Shown piece after piece: positions 1 to 10,246 of a DNA stretch of 64,000 nucleotides. This stretch comes from an uncultured Oscillibacter sp. (GTDB lineage: Bacteria; Bacillota; Clostridia; Oscillospirales; Oscillospiraceae). A program made the position numbers and the translations under genes. Under the pieces are notes generated by a model. The model was not told where the DNA came from. It saw only the letters and a program-made list of their open reading frames with translations, and did no database searches. How positions within the stretch are numbered: position 1 is the first letter of the stretch; every line of letters starts with the position of its first letter. The stretch covers positions 6,375 through 70,374 of the forward strand of contig CABUDN010000001.1 of NCBI GenBank assembly GCA_902490355.1, in the 5' to 3' direction.

Positions 1-627
1 GGCTACCGGGCCCGGAACATGGGCGCCCCCCTCAAGGAGACCCTGGCCGCCGCCCTGGTTCTGCTCTCCCGCTACCGGGGCCGGGACCCCTTCTGCGATC
101 CCTTCTGCGGCAGCGGCACCATTCCCATTGAGGCCGCTCTCATCGCTAAAAACCGGGCTCCTGGCCTGGACCGCAGCTTTGCCGCCCAGAAGTGGAAGAA
201 CATGGACACCAAGCTGTGGATGGATGCCGCCGACGAGGCCATGGATAAGGAATTCCACGGCACATATGACATCTGGGGCGGAGACATCGATCCCGCTGCC
301 GTGGAACTGGCAAAACACAATGCAGCCCTGGCCGGTGTGGAGGACTGCGTCCGCTTCGAGGTGGCCGACGCCGCCTCCTTCCACCGGGACAGCGAGTACG
401 GCCAGCTGGTGACCAATCCCCCTTACGGCGAGCGGCTTCTGGAAAAGCAGGAGGCCGGGGAGCTATACCGGACGTTTGGCCGGGCCATGGCCAGCATGCC
501 TCCCAAGTGGCGGATTCTGATTCTCTCGTCCCATACGGAGTTTGAGCGGTGTTACGGCCGTCCGGCCAGCAAAAAACGCAAGCTCTACAACGGTATGCTC
601 AAGTGTGACGTCTTTTTCTACAATTAA
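1..627 (+). CDS. Class I SAM-dependent RNA methyltransferase (RlmL/YpsC-like), 5'-truncated by window edge
   Basis: Open frame from base 1 (GYRARNMGAPLKETLAA); motifs DPFCGSGTIPIEAA, TNPPYGER, KRKLYNG. Confidence 0.9.
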   Translation, partial: GYRARNMGAPLKETLAAALVLLSRYRGRDPFCDPFCGSGTIPIEAALIAKNRAPGLDRSFAAQKWKNMDTKLWMDAADEAMDKEFHGTYDIWGGDIDPAAVELAKHNAALAGVEDCVRFEVADAASFHRDSEYGQLVTNPPYGERLLEKQEAGELYRTFGRAMASMPPKWRILILSSHTEFERCYGRPASKKRKLYNGMLKCDVFFYN

Positions 628-644
628 ACGGAGACTACGGAACG

Positions 645-995
645 ATGTTTGACTTTTGGAAGCGAAAAAAGCCGGAAGACCCATGGGACCAGCAAACGGA
701 AAACCACATTGCCCAGCCGGATAACACACCGCATTTTCAGATGTATGTGGATGAAGTATTCTCCATCTCCGGCCGCGGGACCGTGGTGACGGGCACGATC
801 AAAGCCGGAACCCTCCGCGTGAATGATCGGATTCTCATCATTGGAAAGAGCGGCCGCCTGGCCACACAAGTAGACGGTCTGGAAGCATTCCACAAAATCA
901 TGGAACGTGCTGAGACGGGAGAATACGTAGGGGTCCTTCTGCGGGACGTCAAATCCACAGATGTGGAAAAGGGGGACCTGTTGCTCAAAGGCTGA
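645..995 (+). CDS. Stand-alone EF-Tu domain II-like beta-barrel protein
   Basis: VDEVFSISGRGTVVTGTI and GEYVGVLLR resemble EF-Tu domain II; no G-domain; GGAG upstream. Confidence 0.8.
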   Translation: MFDFWKRKKPEDPWDQQTENHIAQPDNTPHFQMYVDEVFSISGRGTVVTGTIKAGTLRVNDRILIIGKSGRLATQVDGLEAFHKIMERAETGEYVGVLLRDVKSTDVEKGDLLLKG

Positions 996-1013
996 TCAAG
1001 GGGGTGGGCAAAC

Positions 1014-1949
1014 GTGCAGCACGTGTTTCTGATCAACCCACGGGCAGGCAAGCGCAATCACACCGCCCGGATCTACGGGATGGCGGAGCACCTACGCACA
1101 CGTCACGGGCTCTCCTGCACTTGCCTGCTCACCAGCTGTCCCGGCGGAGCCGAATCTCTGGCCCGGGAAACCGCACAAAGCGGGAAACCGGTCCGGCTCT
1201 ATGCCTGCGGCGGGGATGGGACCGCCAGCGAAGTGGCCAACGGCATCGCCGGGTATCCCAACGCCGCCATGACGGTAATCACCTCCGGCACCGGCAACGA
1301 CTTCCTCAAAAATTTCGGGCCGGACGCTGACCGCTTTTCCGACATCGAGTCCCTGTGGGACGGGCCATCCTTTCCCCTGGACCTTATCGACTGCAACGGA
1401 CACTTGTGCCTGACCATTGCCTGCTCCGGCATTGATGCCCAGATTGCCGACGGAATCGATCAGTTCCGCCGGATACCGCTGCTTCATGGCCGGGCAAGCT
1501 ATCTTTGTTCCGTGGCAGTCAACGGCCTGCTGCGTCCCCTGGGACATGCGTGGACCGTCACTCTGGACGGCATCCCCCAGACCGGGAAGTTTGCCCTGGT
1601 CTCCGTGTGCAACGGCCGTCACTATGGCGGCGGGTCCACCCCGGTGCCGGAAGCCCGGATGGACGACGGCATCCTTCACACGATTTTGGTTCGGGCCGTG
1701 CCCCGCCATGTCTTTGCCCGTTTCTTTCCGGCCTACTCCGCCGGACTCTGGCGGGAACTCCCCGCGGATCTGGTCCAGGTCGTCCAGGCCCGGGAAACCA
1801 CGATTTCCGCCCCAGCCCCCTTCACTACCTGCCTGGACGGGGAATGTTTTCACTGGCAGGAGGCCCGGCTGGTTCTGTCCCAGCGCAGGGTAAATTTCTT
1901 TGGTCCCAAGGGATGCAGCCCCAACGCCACCGCACGCGGCAGTATCTGA
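1014..1949 (+). CDS. Diacylglycerol/lipid kinase family (YegS/DgkB-like)
   Basis: INPRAG, GGDGT, GTGNDF, NGRHYGGG, DGE motifs; GTG start. Confidence 0.9.
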   Translation: MQHVFLINPRAGKRNHTARIYGMAEHLRTRHGLSCTCLLTSCPGGAESLARETAQSGKPVRLYACGGDGTASEVANGIAGYPNAAMTVITSGTGNDFLKNFGPDADRFSDIESLWDGPSFPLDLIDCNGHLCLTIACSGIDAQIADGIDQFRRIPLLHGRASYLCSVAVNGLLRPLGHAWTVTLDGIPQTGKFALVSVCNGRHYGGGSTPVPEARMDDGILHTILVRAVPRHVFARFFPAYSAGLWRELPADLVQVVQARETTISAPAPFTTCLDGECFHWQEARLVLSQRRVNFFGPKGCSPNATARGSI

Positions 1950-1993
1950 GGGAACATTTACAAATTCTTCATAACTTTTCTCCAAATACCCCC

Positions 1994-2022
1994 TTTACAA
2001 ATCCGGGGGAGTGTACTATGAT
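1994..2022 (+). promoter_or_regulatory. Sigma70/SigA promoter of groESL
   Basis: TTTACA-17 nt-TATGAT directly upstream of the CIRCE. Confidence 0.75.
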
Positions 2023-2029
2023 AGCAGCG

Positions 2030-2056
2030 TTAGCACTCGAGAGAGTTGAGTGCTAA
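2030..2056 (+). promoter_or_regulatory. CIRCE element (HrcA operator)
   Basis: Perfect TTAGCACTC-N9-GAGTGCTAA upstream of groES. Confidence 0.97.
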
Positions 2057-2104
2057 CGCTGAATTTGTTTTCAAAATTTTTTATATCTATAAGGAGGAAT
2101 CCCC

Positions 2105-2389
2105 ATGAAACTCACTCCGCTGGCAGATCGTGTTGTCTTGAAGATGGTAGAGACCGAGGAGACCGTCAAGGGCGGCATCATCCTCACCGGTTCCGCCAAG
2201 GAAAAGCCCTCTGTGGCTGAAGTCATCTGCGTGGGCCCCGGCGGCAACGTGGACGGCAAGGACATTGTCATGACGGTGAAGCCCGGCGACAAGGTCATCA
2301 CCAGCCAGTATGCCGGCACCAAGGTCACCCTGGAGGACACCGAGTATGTGGTGGTCCGGCAGGGCGATATTCTGGCCATCGTGGAGTAA
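2105..2389 (+). CDS. groES: Co-chaperonin GroES
   Basis: MKLTPLADRVV...GGIILTGSAKEKP...DILAIVE; RBS AAGGAGG. Confidence 0.98.
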   Translation: MKLTPLADRVVLKMVETEETVKGGIILTGSAKEKPSVAEVICVGPGGNVDGKDIVMTVKPGDKVITSQYAGTKVTLEDTEYVVVRQGDILAIVE

Positions 2390-2401
2390 CTCCACAGATC
2401 C

Positions 2402-4209
<1,808 letters not shown>

Positions 4210-4237
4210 GCCGTACGCAGCATAACGCAAGCAAAAT

Positions 4238-4276
4238 AAACCCCCGCCGCTCACAGCCGTGAGCGGCGGGGGTTTT
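4238..4276. terminator. Bidirectional intrinsic terminator between groEL and res
   Basis: AAACCCCCGCCGCTCAC-agcc-GTGAGCGGCGGGGGTTTT. Confidence 0.9.
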
Positions 4277-4291
4277 CTGCTCTGCATCAGC

Positions 4292-6895
4292 TTACATCTT
4301 CAGCAGGTTCTCCAAATCCTGGTCGAACTCTTGCTTCCGGGTATCCTGATTGAAAAAATGCAGTCCCACAATGCGGTGGCGGACACAGCCGTCCTCTTCT
4401 CCTCCGACGGCAACGGCGTTTCTCTCCAGCGAGAGCAGGAACGCCTCCTTCCATGCGTCCCCCGCCAGCAGCTGCGTACCCTTGGGCTCGATGAATACCT
4501 GAATCTGCTCCAGCCCCTTCTCGGTCTCTCTCTGCAAAATCAGCACATAATCCGGCTCAAAGCGTTTTCCCTCGTCAAATGCGTACAGATGGAACATCCG
4601 CTCATTCCGAAGGAGAACCACCTTGTCATAGACCTTTTGAAACCGGCCGACGTACTGGGAAAAGTGCGCGACAAAAGCCTTTTCCTCCGACGTACCGTAA
4701 TGATCCGCATAAGCAAACCAATCCTCACCGGACAGATCCAACTGATCATTCTCACGCACGGAAACGTCGCTTTGCGACATGCCCACACCGCCGCCATGAG
4801 GCCGGGTATAGTGAACCACTTTGTCCTGGAACACATCCTGGAGCTTGCAGGCGCGAAAGACCCGCGTTCCCCGATAAGTCTCCTCAATTCCGGAAATGGA
4901 GTCGGCGATCCGCCCCAGGGCCGAAAATACCGCCCGGTACAGCGTGGTCATGGACGGCCGCGTCTCCTGGCTTACAATCTCCAGGCGGATCCCGGCCAGA
5001 TACTCCCCACTGGTAATGAACTCCCGGGTCGAGGCCACATTGGGAAAATAGCGCTTGAGGGTCTGGAACCGGTAAATCGGATACTTCATCAGGGCTTTAT
5101 GCACCAGGGCATACTGGACGTCCGCAATCTCCCCCATGGTCCACTGTGTGGTCCTGGTCTCATTTCTGGTATCCTGCATGCCCGGCGTATCCCGCATGAT
5201 CTCATCCGTGCCGGACGTCCCCGCCGGAGCCTCGTAGCGGTACACGGTATTCCGCAGTGCGTCAGGCAGCTCCCGGACCGCTCTGCGGTCCTGTACCTCC
5301 CGGTCATTGACAAACAGCACGCCCTGCGTGTACAAGGAATCAGCACGGAACGACGGTTTCAGGGTATATTCTCTCTGAACCATCTGGTCGGTATCCAGTC
5401 CGATCTCCCGCAGCGCGGTCTTGAGCTCCGTCACATAGCGGTGGTCGTTCTGGCAGTGATAATACAGCTCCTCACAAATCCGCAGGGGGCTGGCCACGTC
5501 TTCATCGTATTTGCGCTGAAAACGCGGCTGCTCCTGCTCCACCTGAAACGGACAGTAGCGGGCTCCCCGGCCAATGAGCTGGGCTTCTGCAATGGTAGCC
5601 GGAGAAATCCGGGTACCGCTGGACTGCCGGGTTTCATACAGGCGCACGATGTCAAACAGATTCAGCACGTCCCAGCCTTCGTCCAGTTTCTTCACCTCAA
5701 ACACCGCGCGGTAGGGATTTCCCACGTCCTCCAGGGAGTTGAGCAGGATCTGCTTTTGTGTGGCGTCCTGATCGTCGTTGACTGAAATGCAATGCTCCGC
5801 GGCAAAGTCGTCCCGCAGTTCCGAGGCCAGCGTCTCCATGGAGATGCCGTTATCCGCAAAATACCCAAAGGCCCGGCGCATGACCGCACTGTTGGCCGCA
5901 TCGGCCAGTGCCTGAAGCCGTGCGCCGGTGAGGGTTCGGACCATCTCCAAAAACGCCGTGAAAAACGCCTTGCTCTCGGCGATCTTGGCGGCCTTGAACA
6001 GCACCACCGGCTTAATGGAAAGGCGGTAATCCTGAAACACCTTCAGGCGGTACTGGCTCAGCACCAGCGCCTGCAGCGCCCGCTCCAGCACACTCAAGTC
6101 CGACCGAAGGGTGATGATGTCCTTGGAATAGCGGTCGGCATAGAACTTTGCCAGAGGATAGTCCGCAATCATCTTGTCCTCATAGGCTGCCCGAATGGCC
6201 GGATTGGCCAGATCACAGGTGGCCGTAAACTCCAGCAGCACATTTTCCGCATGCTGGCGGAAGATGGCCTTTACAGTCTGCTCCCAGGAGTGGTAGCTGG
6301 ATTCTTCCTCCGCCGAGCGCTTTTTCTTGGTATCCACATTGAGATGATGGGCCTCGTCGGAGATCAGCACCGTTTTATGGGCCTTGAAATCCTCAAAGGA
6401 CATGGCATTTTCCTTGGCCGTCCACAGATCCGCATGGAGTCCCTGGGTGGTGGTAAAGCAGAGGTTGATGGCGTCCGGACTGGCATCCTGGAAATTTTCC
6501 ACCTGCCGGATGGGGACATGGCAGCCGTCCAGGACCACGTCCCGGGCAAACAGGTATTTGGACGAAGCCGGGTTGGTGAAATTCTCCCGGGTCTTTTCCA
6601 CAATGTTGGAGAGGTTGACGAAAAACAAAAAGTTCCGGTATCCCTTCTGGTAGAGATACAGCATCAGCCCCGCCATCATCAAGGTCTTGCCGCTGCCGGT
6701 TGCCATGTGGAAGAGCACCTGGGTGGGCTTGGGACAGTTGCGGCTTTCAAAATGGGTGATGAAGTTCTCAAATGCCTGCACTTGGTAGGGGCGCAGTTCA
6801 AAGCCGGGATTGAGATTCTGCGGAATATAGTCCGGCACCGGTGCGCAGCTGCCGTACTCCCGCAGGGCGTCGATTTTCTCATATAAAAACGCCAC
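4292..6895 (-). CDS. res: Type III restriction endonuclease, Res subunit
   Basis: FHMATGSGKT, DEAH, LDEGWD, QLIGRGAR helicase motifs; C-terminal PD...IEPKG nuclease motif; follows mod by 2 nt. Confidence 0.92.
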   Translation of the reverse strand: MAFLYEKIDALREYGSCAPVPDYIPQNLNPGFELRPYQVQAFENFITHFESRNCPKPTQVLFHMATGSGKTLMMAGLMLYLYQKGYRNFLFFVNLSNIVEKTRENFTNPASSKYLFARDVVLDGCHVPIRQVENFQDASPDAINLCFTTTQGLHADLWTAKENAMSFEDFKAHKTVLISDEAHHLNVDTKKKRSAEEESSYHSWEQTVKAIFRQHAENVLLEFTATCDLANPAIRAAYEDKMIADYPLAKFYADRYSKDIITLRSDLSVLERALQALVLSQYRLKVFQDYRLSIKPVVLFKAAKIAESKAFFTAFLEMVRTLTGARLQALADAANSAVMRRAFGYFADNGISMETLASELRDDFAAEHCISVNDDQDATQKQILLNSLEDVGNPYRAVFEVKKLDEGWDVLNLFDIVRLYETRQSSGTRISPATIAEAQLIGRGARYCPFQVEQEQPRFQRKYDEDVASPLRICEELYYHCQNDHRYVTELKTALREIGLDTDQMVQREYTLKPSFRADSLYTQGVLFVNDREVQDRRAVRELPDALRNTVYRYEAPAGTSGTDEIMRDTPGMQDTRNETRTTQWTMGEIADVQYALVHKALMKYPIYRFQTLKRYFPNVASTREFITSGEYLAGIRLEIVSQETRPSMTTLYRAVFSALGRIADSISGIEETYRGTRVFRACKLQDVFQDKVVHYTRPHGGGVGMSQSDVSVRENDQLDLSGEDWFAYADHYGTSEEKAFVAHFSQYVGRFQKVYDKVVLLRNERMFHLYAFDEGKRFEPDYVLILQRETEKGLEQIQVFIEPKGTQLLAGDAWKEAFLLSLERNAVAVGGEEDGCVRHRIVGLHFFNQDTRKQEFDQDLENLLKM

Positions 6896-6897
6896 GG

Positions 6898-8892
6898 TTA
6901 TTCCTCCCCGTAAAAGCTTCTGGTAAAGCGCTTGTCCGCGTCGGAAACGGCAAATTCCGCATCGTCCAGGTCACAGGCGTTCACATACAGCAGGTTCTTG
7001 TCCAGAATCTCCATCAAAAACTGCTTCTGCTGGGCCAGGGACAACTCCTCATAGCACGCCGCTTCCTGATTCAGAACGGCAGGGTCCACCTGATAACTGA
7101 CATAGCCCGAATCCAGAATCCGTTTGCGGATCTGCGCCAATTCGGCTTTGTCCCGGGCGGCCGCAATGGCCTCCACCGCCGCCTGATTGAGCTTGGCCAG
7201 CTCGCAGCAGACAAAGGAACCGCCGCCCTTCCAGCCCAGGGCTCTGGAAATTCCGGTCTGCTCTCCCGCAATGACCGCCGGAAGACGGGTCAGCGCCTTT
7301 TCCAGCTGTCCGTCCAGCTGCTCCACACCAATATACCGGCGCCCCAGCTTGTGGGCCACCGCGCAGGTGGTTCCGCTGCCCATATAGAAGTCCAGCACGA
7401 GATCTCCGGGCGCTGTGGTCATCTCCAGAATCCGGCGCACCAGCTTTTCCGGCTTTTTTCCGCCCTTGAGCTGAACACCGCCTTCCCGTGCGATTCCCTC
7501 ATACGGCGTATCCGTCCAGATATTGGTCAGCTGCGTGGACGGAACCCGTTCGCCGTCGATCTCCCGGACCTTGCGGGAATAAAACGCCATCTCCGCCCCA
7601 TTGAGAATGAACACGCGGTAATGGCCGTCCCGTTCCACGGTGAAAATCCGGTCCCGTTCCTCCCGGGACCGTTCCCGGGCCTGGACAATCTCCTGTCCGG
7701 CGCTGTTGTCAATGGCCGTGGTGCGGAAGACCGATTCGGCGTGATCCAGGGCGCAGCGTTCCACCAAGCTTAAGAAGGCCGCCTCGCCCAGGGCCTTGAC
7801 CGCCTCTTTCCGGCTCACATAGCCCTGCTGCTGCGCCACATACGCAAACAGGTCCACAATGTTCCAATCAGATGGGTTTGCCTCCGGATTGGTCACCAGC
7901 CACTTGTAATTGCTGTCATATTCGCTTTTGACGTACTGCGGCTCATACTTCCACAACCGCTTATTTTTCGCAAAGGCCAGAATATACTCCGCGGTTTCAA
8001 AAACGCCCGGATTCACACTGGCAAATCCCGACGGCGACTTGGTTTTGACAGTGATCTGGTTGATGAAATTGTTTTCTCCGTTGCGGCAGAAGATGTCCTT
8101 CATCAGGCACTTGAGTTCCGCCACGCCGTCGTCGCTGATCTGCACAAAAATCGCGCCGTCCTCGCGCAGCAGCCGCCGGGCGATCTCCAGCCGGTTCTTC
8201 ATGAACACCAGCCACGTGGAAAGCTTGAAATTGGAATTATAGGCAAAGGTGTCTTCTCCCTTTTTCGCCGTAAAATAATAAGGCGGGTCAATGTAGATGC
8301 ACTTGACCTTGCCCTCGTAGCGTTTGAGCAGGGAGGAAATGGCCAGAAGGTTGTTGCCTTTGAGGATCAGGTTGTCCTCTTCGGACCAGGTGTCCGTCTC
8401 CTGCACCCCCTGCGCGGTATAGCGCTTGGCTCCAGTCAGCACCTTGGGCTCCAGCAGACGGTCCACCTCGTCGGGCGCCAGGGTCTCGTTGTAGAAAATC
8501 TCCTGCCGCCGGGCCTCCTCCTTGGTCTGGCCTCCCTCCAGGACACAGTCCTTATAGGGGAACACCAACTCCACATCCCCGGACGCGGAGAGCAGTTCTC
8601 CGTTTTCATCTCCCAATCCAATTTTATTTTTAAACCGGGTATAGCTGTCCGGAAGGAACTGACGATTATTGATGACCCACGCGAACTTCATCTTGTCAAA
8701 GATCCGGATGCCATCCACCTCGGCAAAAAATCGGCGGCACAGCTCCTCATCGCCCAGCAGCAACCGCAGCAAACCGGCGTCCATCTGCATGGCCGCCTCA
8801 TACACCGCGTTGCGCAGGAATGTCCCATCCTCGGCAAAAAACCGCGGTTCCGACCGCAGCACATTCAATACTCTTTCGTAAAAATCCTCCAT
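6898..8892 (-). CDS. mod: Type III R-M DNA methyltransferase, Mod subunit
   Basis: IYIDPPY catalytic motif before the TRD; KPEKL and DFYMGSGTT SAM-binding motif (beta-class order). Confidence 0.93.
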   Translation of the reverse strand: MEDFYERVLNVLRSEPRFFAEDGTFLRNAVYEAAMQMDAGLLRLLLGDEELCRRFFAEVDGIRIFDKMKFAWVINNRQFLPDSYTRFKNKIGLGDENGELLSASGDVELVFPYKDCVLEGGQTKEEARRQEIFYNETLAPDEVDRLLEPKVLTGAKRYTAQGVQETDTWSEEDNLILKGNNLLAISSLLKRYEGKVKCIYIDPPYYFTAKKGEDTFAYNSNFKLSTWLVFMKNRLEIARRLLREDGAIFVQISDDGVAELKCLMKDIFCRNGENNFINQITVKTKSPSGFASVNPGVFETAEYILAFAKNKRLWKYEPQYVKSEYDSNYKWLVTNPEANPSDWNIVDLFAYVAQQQGYVSRKEAVKALGEAAFLSLVERCALDHAESVFRTTAIDNSAGQEIVQARERSREERDRIFTVERDGHYRVFILNGAEMAFYSRKVREIDGERVPSTQLTNIWTDTPYEGIAREGGVQLKGGKKPEKLVRRILEMTTAPGDLVLDFYMGSGTTCAVAHKLGRRYIGVEQLDGQLEKALTRLPAVIAGEQTGISRALGWKGGGSFVCCELAKLNQAAVEAIAAARDKAELAQIRKRILDSGYVSYQVDPAVLNQEAACYEELSLAQQKQFLMEILDKNLLYVNACDLDDAEFAVSDADKRFTRSFYGEE

Positions 8893-8978
8893 ACGCTCTC
8901 TTTCCTCTCTTTATCCGCAGGCCCATGCTTCCCGCATTCTCGTTGTATACCCCTTCTCCCAAAACCACCGCCAGGCGG

Positions 8979-9290
8979 TCAGGATACCGGTACAGTCCGG
9001 GCCCGCTCCACCAGGGCCCGAATCTGCTCCATCCGCCCAATCACGGCCCGGCCGGTCCCGGTCACAATGTATCCGCTTTTGCGCCTGTACGGCTGGATGC
9101 ACCCGGCTTTCTGCAGCGTGTGCAGCATGGCAAATACCGTGGCCGGACTGCTGCCGTACTGATCGGCCAGTTCAATCTGAGACAGCCGGATCACCGGCTG
9201 TCCCTCCAGCGTCACACACGGCAGTCTGCTGAGCCAATACAGGAAGTGATACTCCTTGGATGCAAACACATTTACACCATCGCCAGTCAC
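8979..9290 (-). CDS. Small winged-HTH DNA-binding protein
   Basis: LSQIELADQYGSSPATVFAMLHTLQKAGCI...GYIVT; GGAGG before GTG start. Confidence 0.7.
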   Translation of the reverse strand: MTGDGVNVFASKEYHFLYWLSRLPCVTLEGQPVIRLSQIELADQYGSSPATVFAMLHTLQKAGCIQPYRRKSGYIVTGTGRAVIGRMEQIRALVERARTVPVS

Positions 9291-9491
9291 AGGAGCACCT
9301 CCATTTTACTATAAAATATTAAACTAAAATCATTTGGATTTTATATTTATTTTACTATATATTTTTATATTGTCAATGCACGCTTATTTTCGATACGCTG
9401 CTTTCGGGAGCTATGGCCTTTCCAGGATATTGCCTCCTCCGAAATCCTACTGCGCAGGGCATTGTCAAAACATTTCCCAAACTTCCCACCT

Positions 9492-9532
9492 AACAAAAGA
9501 CCGGCGCAGGGCAATTGCCCTGCGCCGGTCTT
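9492..9532 (-). terminator. Intrinsic terminator closing the small-peptide operon
   Basis: 36-bp palindrome AAGACCGGCGCAGGGCAATTGCCCTGCGCCGGTCTT (9497-9532) running into a T-rich tail on the minus strand. Confidence 0.88.
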
Positions 9533-9585
9533 CTCCCGCTGATGCGGGATTACACACAAGAGAGAATATGATGGGAAGCCATCTA

Positions 9586-9663
9586 TTACCGCACGCCGCC
9601 GAAACGGACGTAATTACGGATCACAAATGCAAACGCGGTCTCATTCACAGTTCTGGTCTTCAT
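9586..9663 (-). CDS. Small peptide 6, MKTRTVNETAFAFVIRNYVRFGGVR (25 aa)
   Basis: Manual translation; RBS AAAGGAG; TAA TAG double stop. Confidence 0.85.
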   Translation of the reverse strand: MKTRTVNETAFAFVIRNYVRFGGVR

Positions 9664-9679
9664 ATTCAAGACTCCTTTC

Positions 9680-9757
9680 TTATCGCACACCGCCGAAGCG
9701 GACGTAGTTGCGGATCACAAATGCAAACGCGGTCTCATTCACAGTTCTGGTCTTCAT
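9680..9757 (-). CDS. Small peptide 5, MKTRTVNETAFAFVIRNYVRFGGVR (25 aa)
   Basis: Manual translation; RBS AAAGGAG; 5 synonymous and 0 non-synonymous differences versus peptide 6. Confidence 0.85.
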   Translation of the reverse strand: MKTRTVNETAFAFVIRNYVRFGGVR

Positions 9758-9773
9758 ATTCAAGACTCCTTTC

Positions 9774-9851
9774 TTACCGCACACCGCCGAAGCGGACGTA
9801 GTTGCGGATCACGGATGCAAACACGGTTTCCTTCACGGTATTGGTCTTCAT
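9774..9851 (-). CDS. Small peptide 4, MKTNTVKETVFASVIRNYVRFGGVR (25 aa)
   Basis: Manual translation; RBS AAAGGAG. Confidence 0.85.
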   Translation of the reverse strand: MKTNTVKETVFASVIRNYVRFGGVR

Positions 9852-9867
9852 AATTAAGACTCCTTTC

Positions 9868-9945
9868 TTATCGCACGCCGCCGAAACGGACATAGTTGCG
9901 GATCACAGATTCAAACACGGTTTCCTTCACAGTATTGGTCTTCAT
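9868..9945 (-). CDS. Small peptide 3, MKTNTVKETVFESVIRNYVRFGGVR (25 aa)
   Basis: Manual translation; RBS AAAGGAG; 6 synonymous and 1 non-synonymous differences versus peptide 4. Confidence 0.85.
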   Translation of the reverse strand: MKTNTVKETVFESVIRNYVRFGGVR

Positions 9946-9961
9946 AGTTAAGACTCCTTTC

Positions 9962-10033
9962 TTATCGTGCACCGCCGAAGCGGATGTAGTTGCGGATCAC
10001 AAATCCAAATGCATAACTGGTTTTATCAAACAT
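9962..10033 (-). CDS. Small peptide 2, MFDKTSYAFGFVIRNYIRFGGAR (23 aa)
   Basis: Manual translation; RBS GAAAGGAG; shares the C-terminal motif. Confidence 0.83.
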   Translation of the reverse strand: MFDKTSYAFGFVIRNYIRFGGAR

Positions 10034-10049
10034 ACCTGGCTCCTTTCTT

Positions 10050-10193
10050 TTACCGCAGGCCGCCAAGCTTCAAGCAATTCCGAATTCTGGAGAAGCACCC
10101 CATGCTGGCCAGGCTGGCACTGCCGTAGCACGTGCTGGGGGAGCAGGAAATTTTCGGATCATATACCAGGCGGTTGGGAATCCAGTCCATCAT
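10050..10193 (-). CDS. Small peptide 1, Cys-containing, MMDWIPNRLVYDPKISCSPSTCYGSASLASMGCFSRIRNCLKLGGLR (47 aa)
   Basis: Manual translation; RBS AAAAGGAG; C-terminus IRNCLKLGGLR aligns with IRNYVRFGGVR. Confidence 0.75.
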   Translation of the reverse strand: MMDWIPNRLVYDPKISCSPSTCYGSASLASMGCFSRIRNCLKLGGLR

Positions 10194-10246
10194 GTGAAAC
10201 AACTCCTTTTCTTTGGTCTGGAAGGGGTTTCCCTCTTTCTGCCCTT

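Larger units (their letters stand above)
9586..10052 (-). repeat. Tandem array of about 94-bp units, each RBS + peptide ORF + stop
   Basis: ATG starts at 10033, 9945, 9851, 9757, 9663 (spacing 88, 94, 94, 94); linker TAAGAAAGGAGTCTT...ATG. Confidence 0.95.

Noticed and set aside
6898..8892. Phase-variable mod (phasevarion)
   Set aside because: No simple-sequence repeat tract was seen in or upstream of the gene, and the frame is intact
9586..10052. CRISPR array interpretation of the tandem repeats
   Set aside because: The 94-bp units are homologous along their whole length, have no unique spacers, vary mainly at third codon positions, and no cas genes are present
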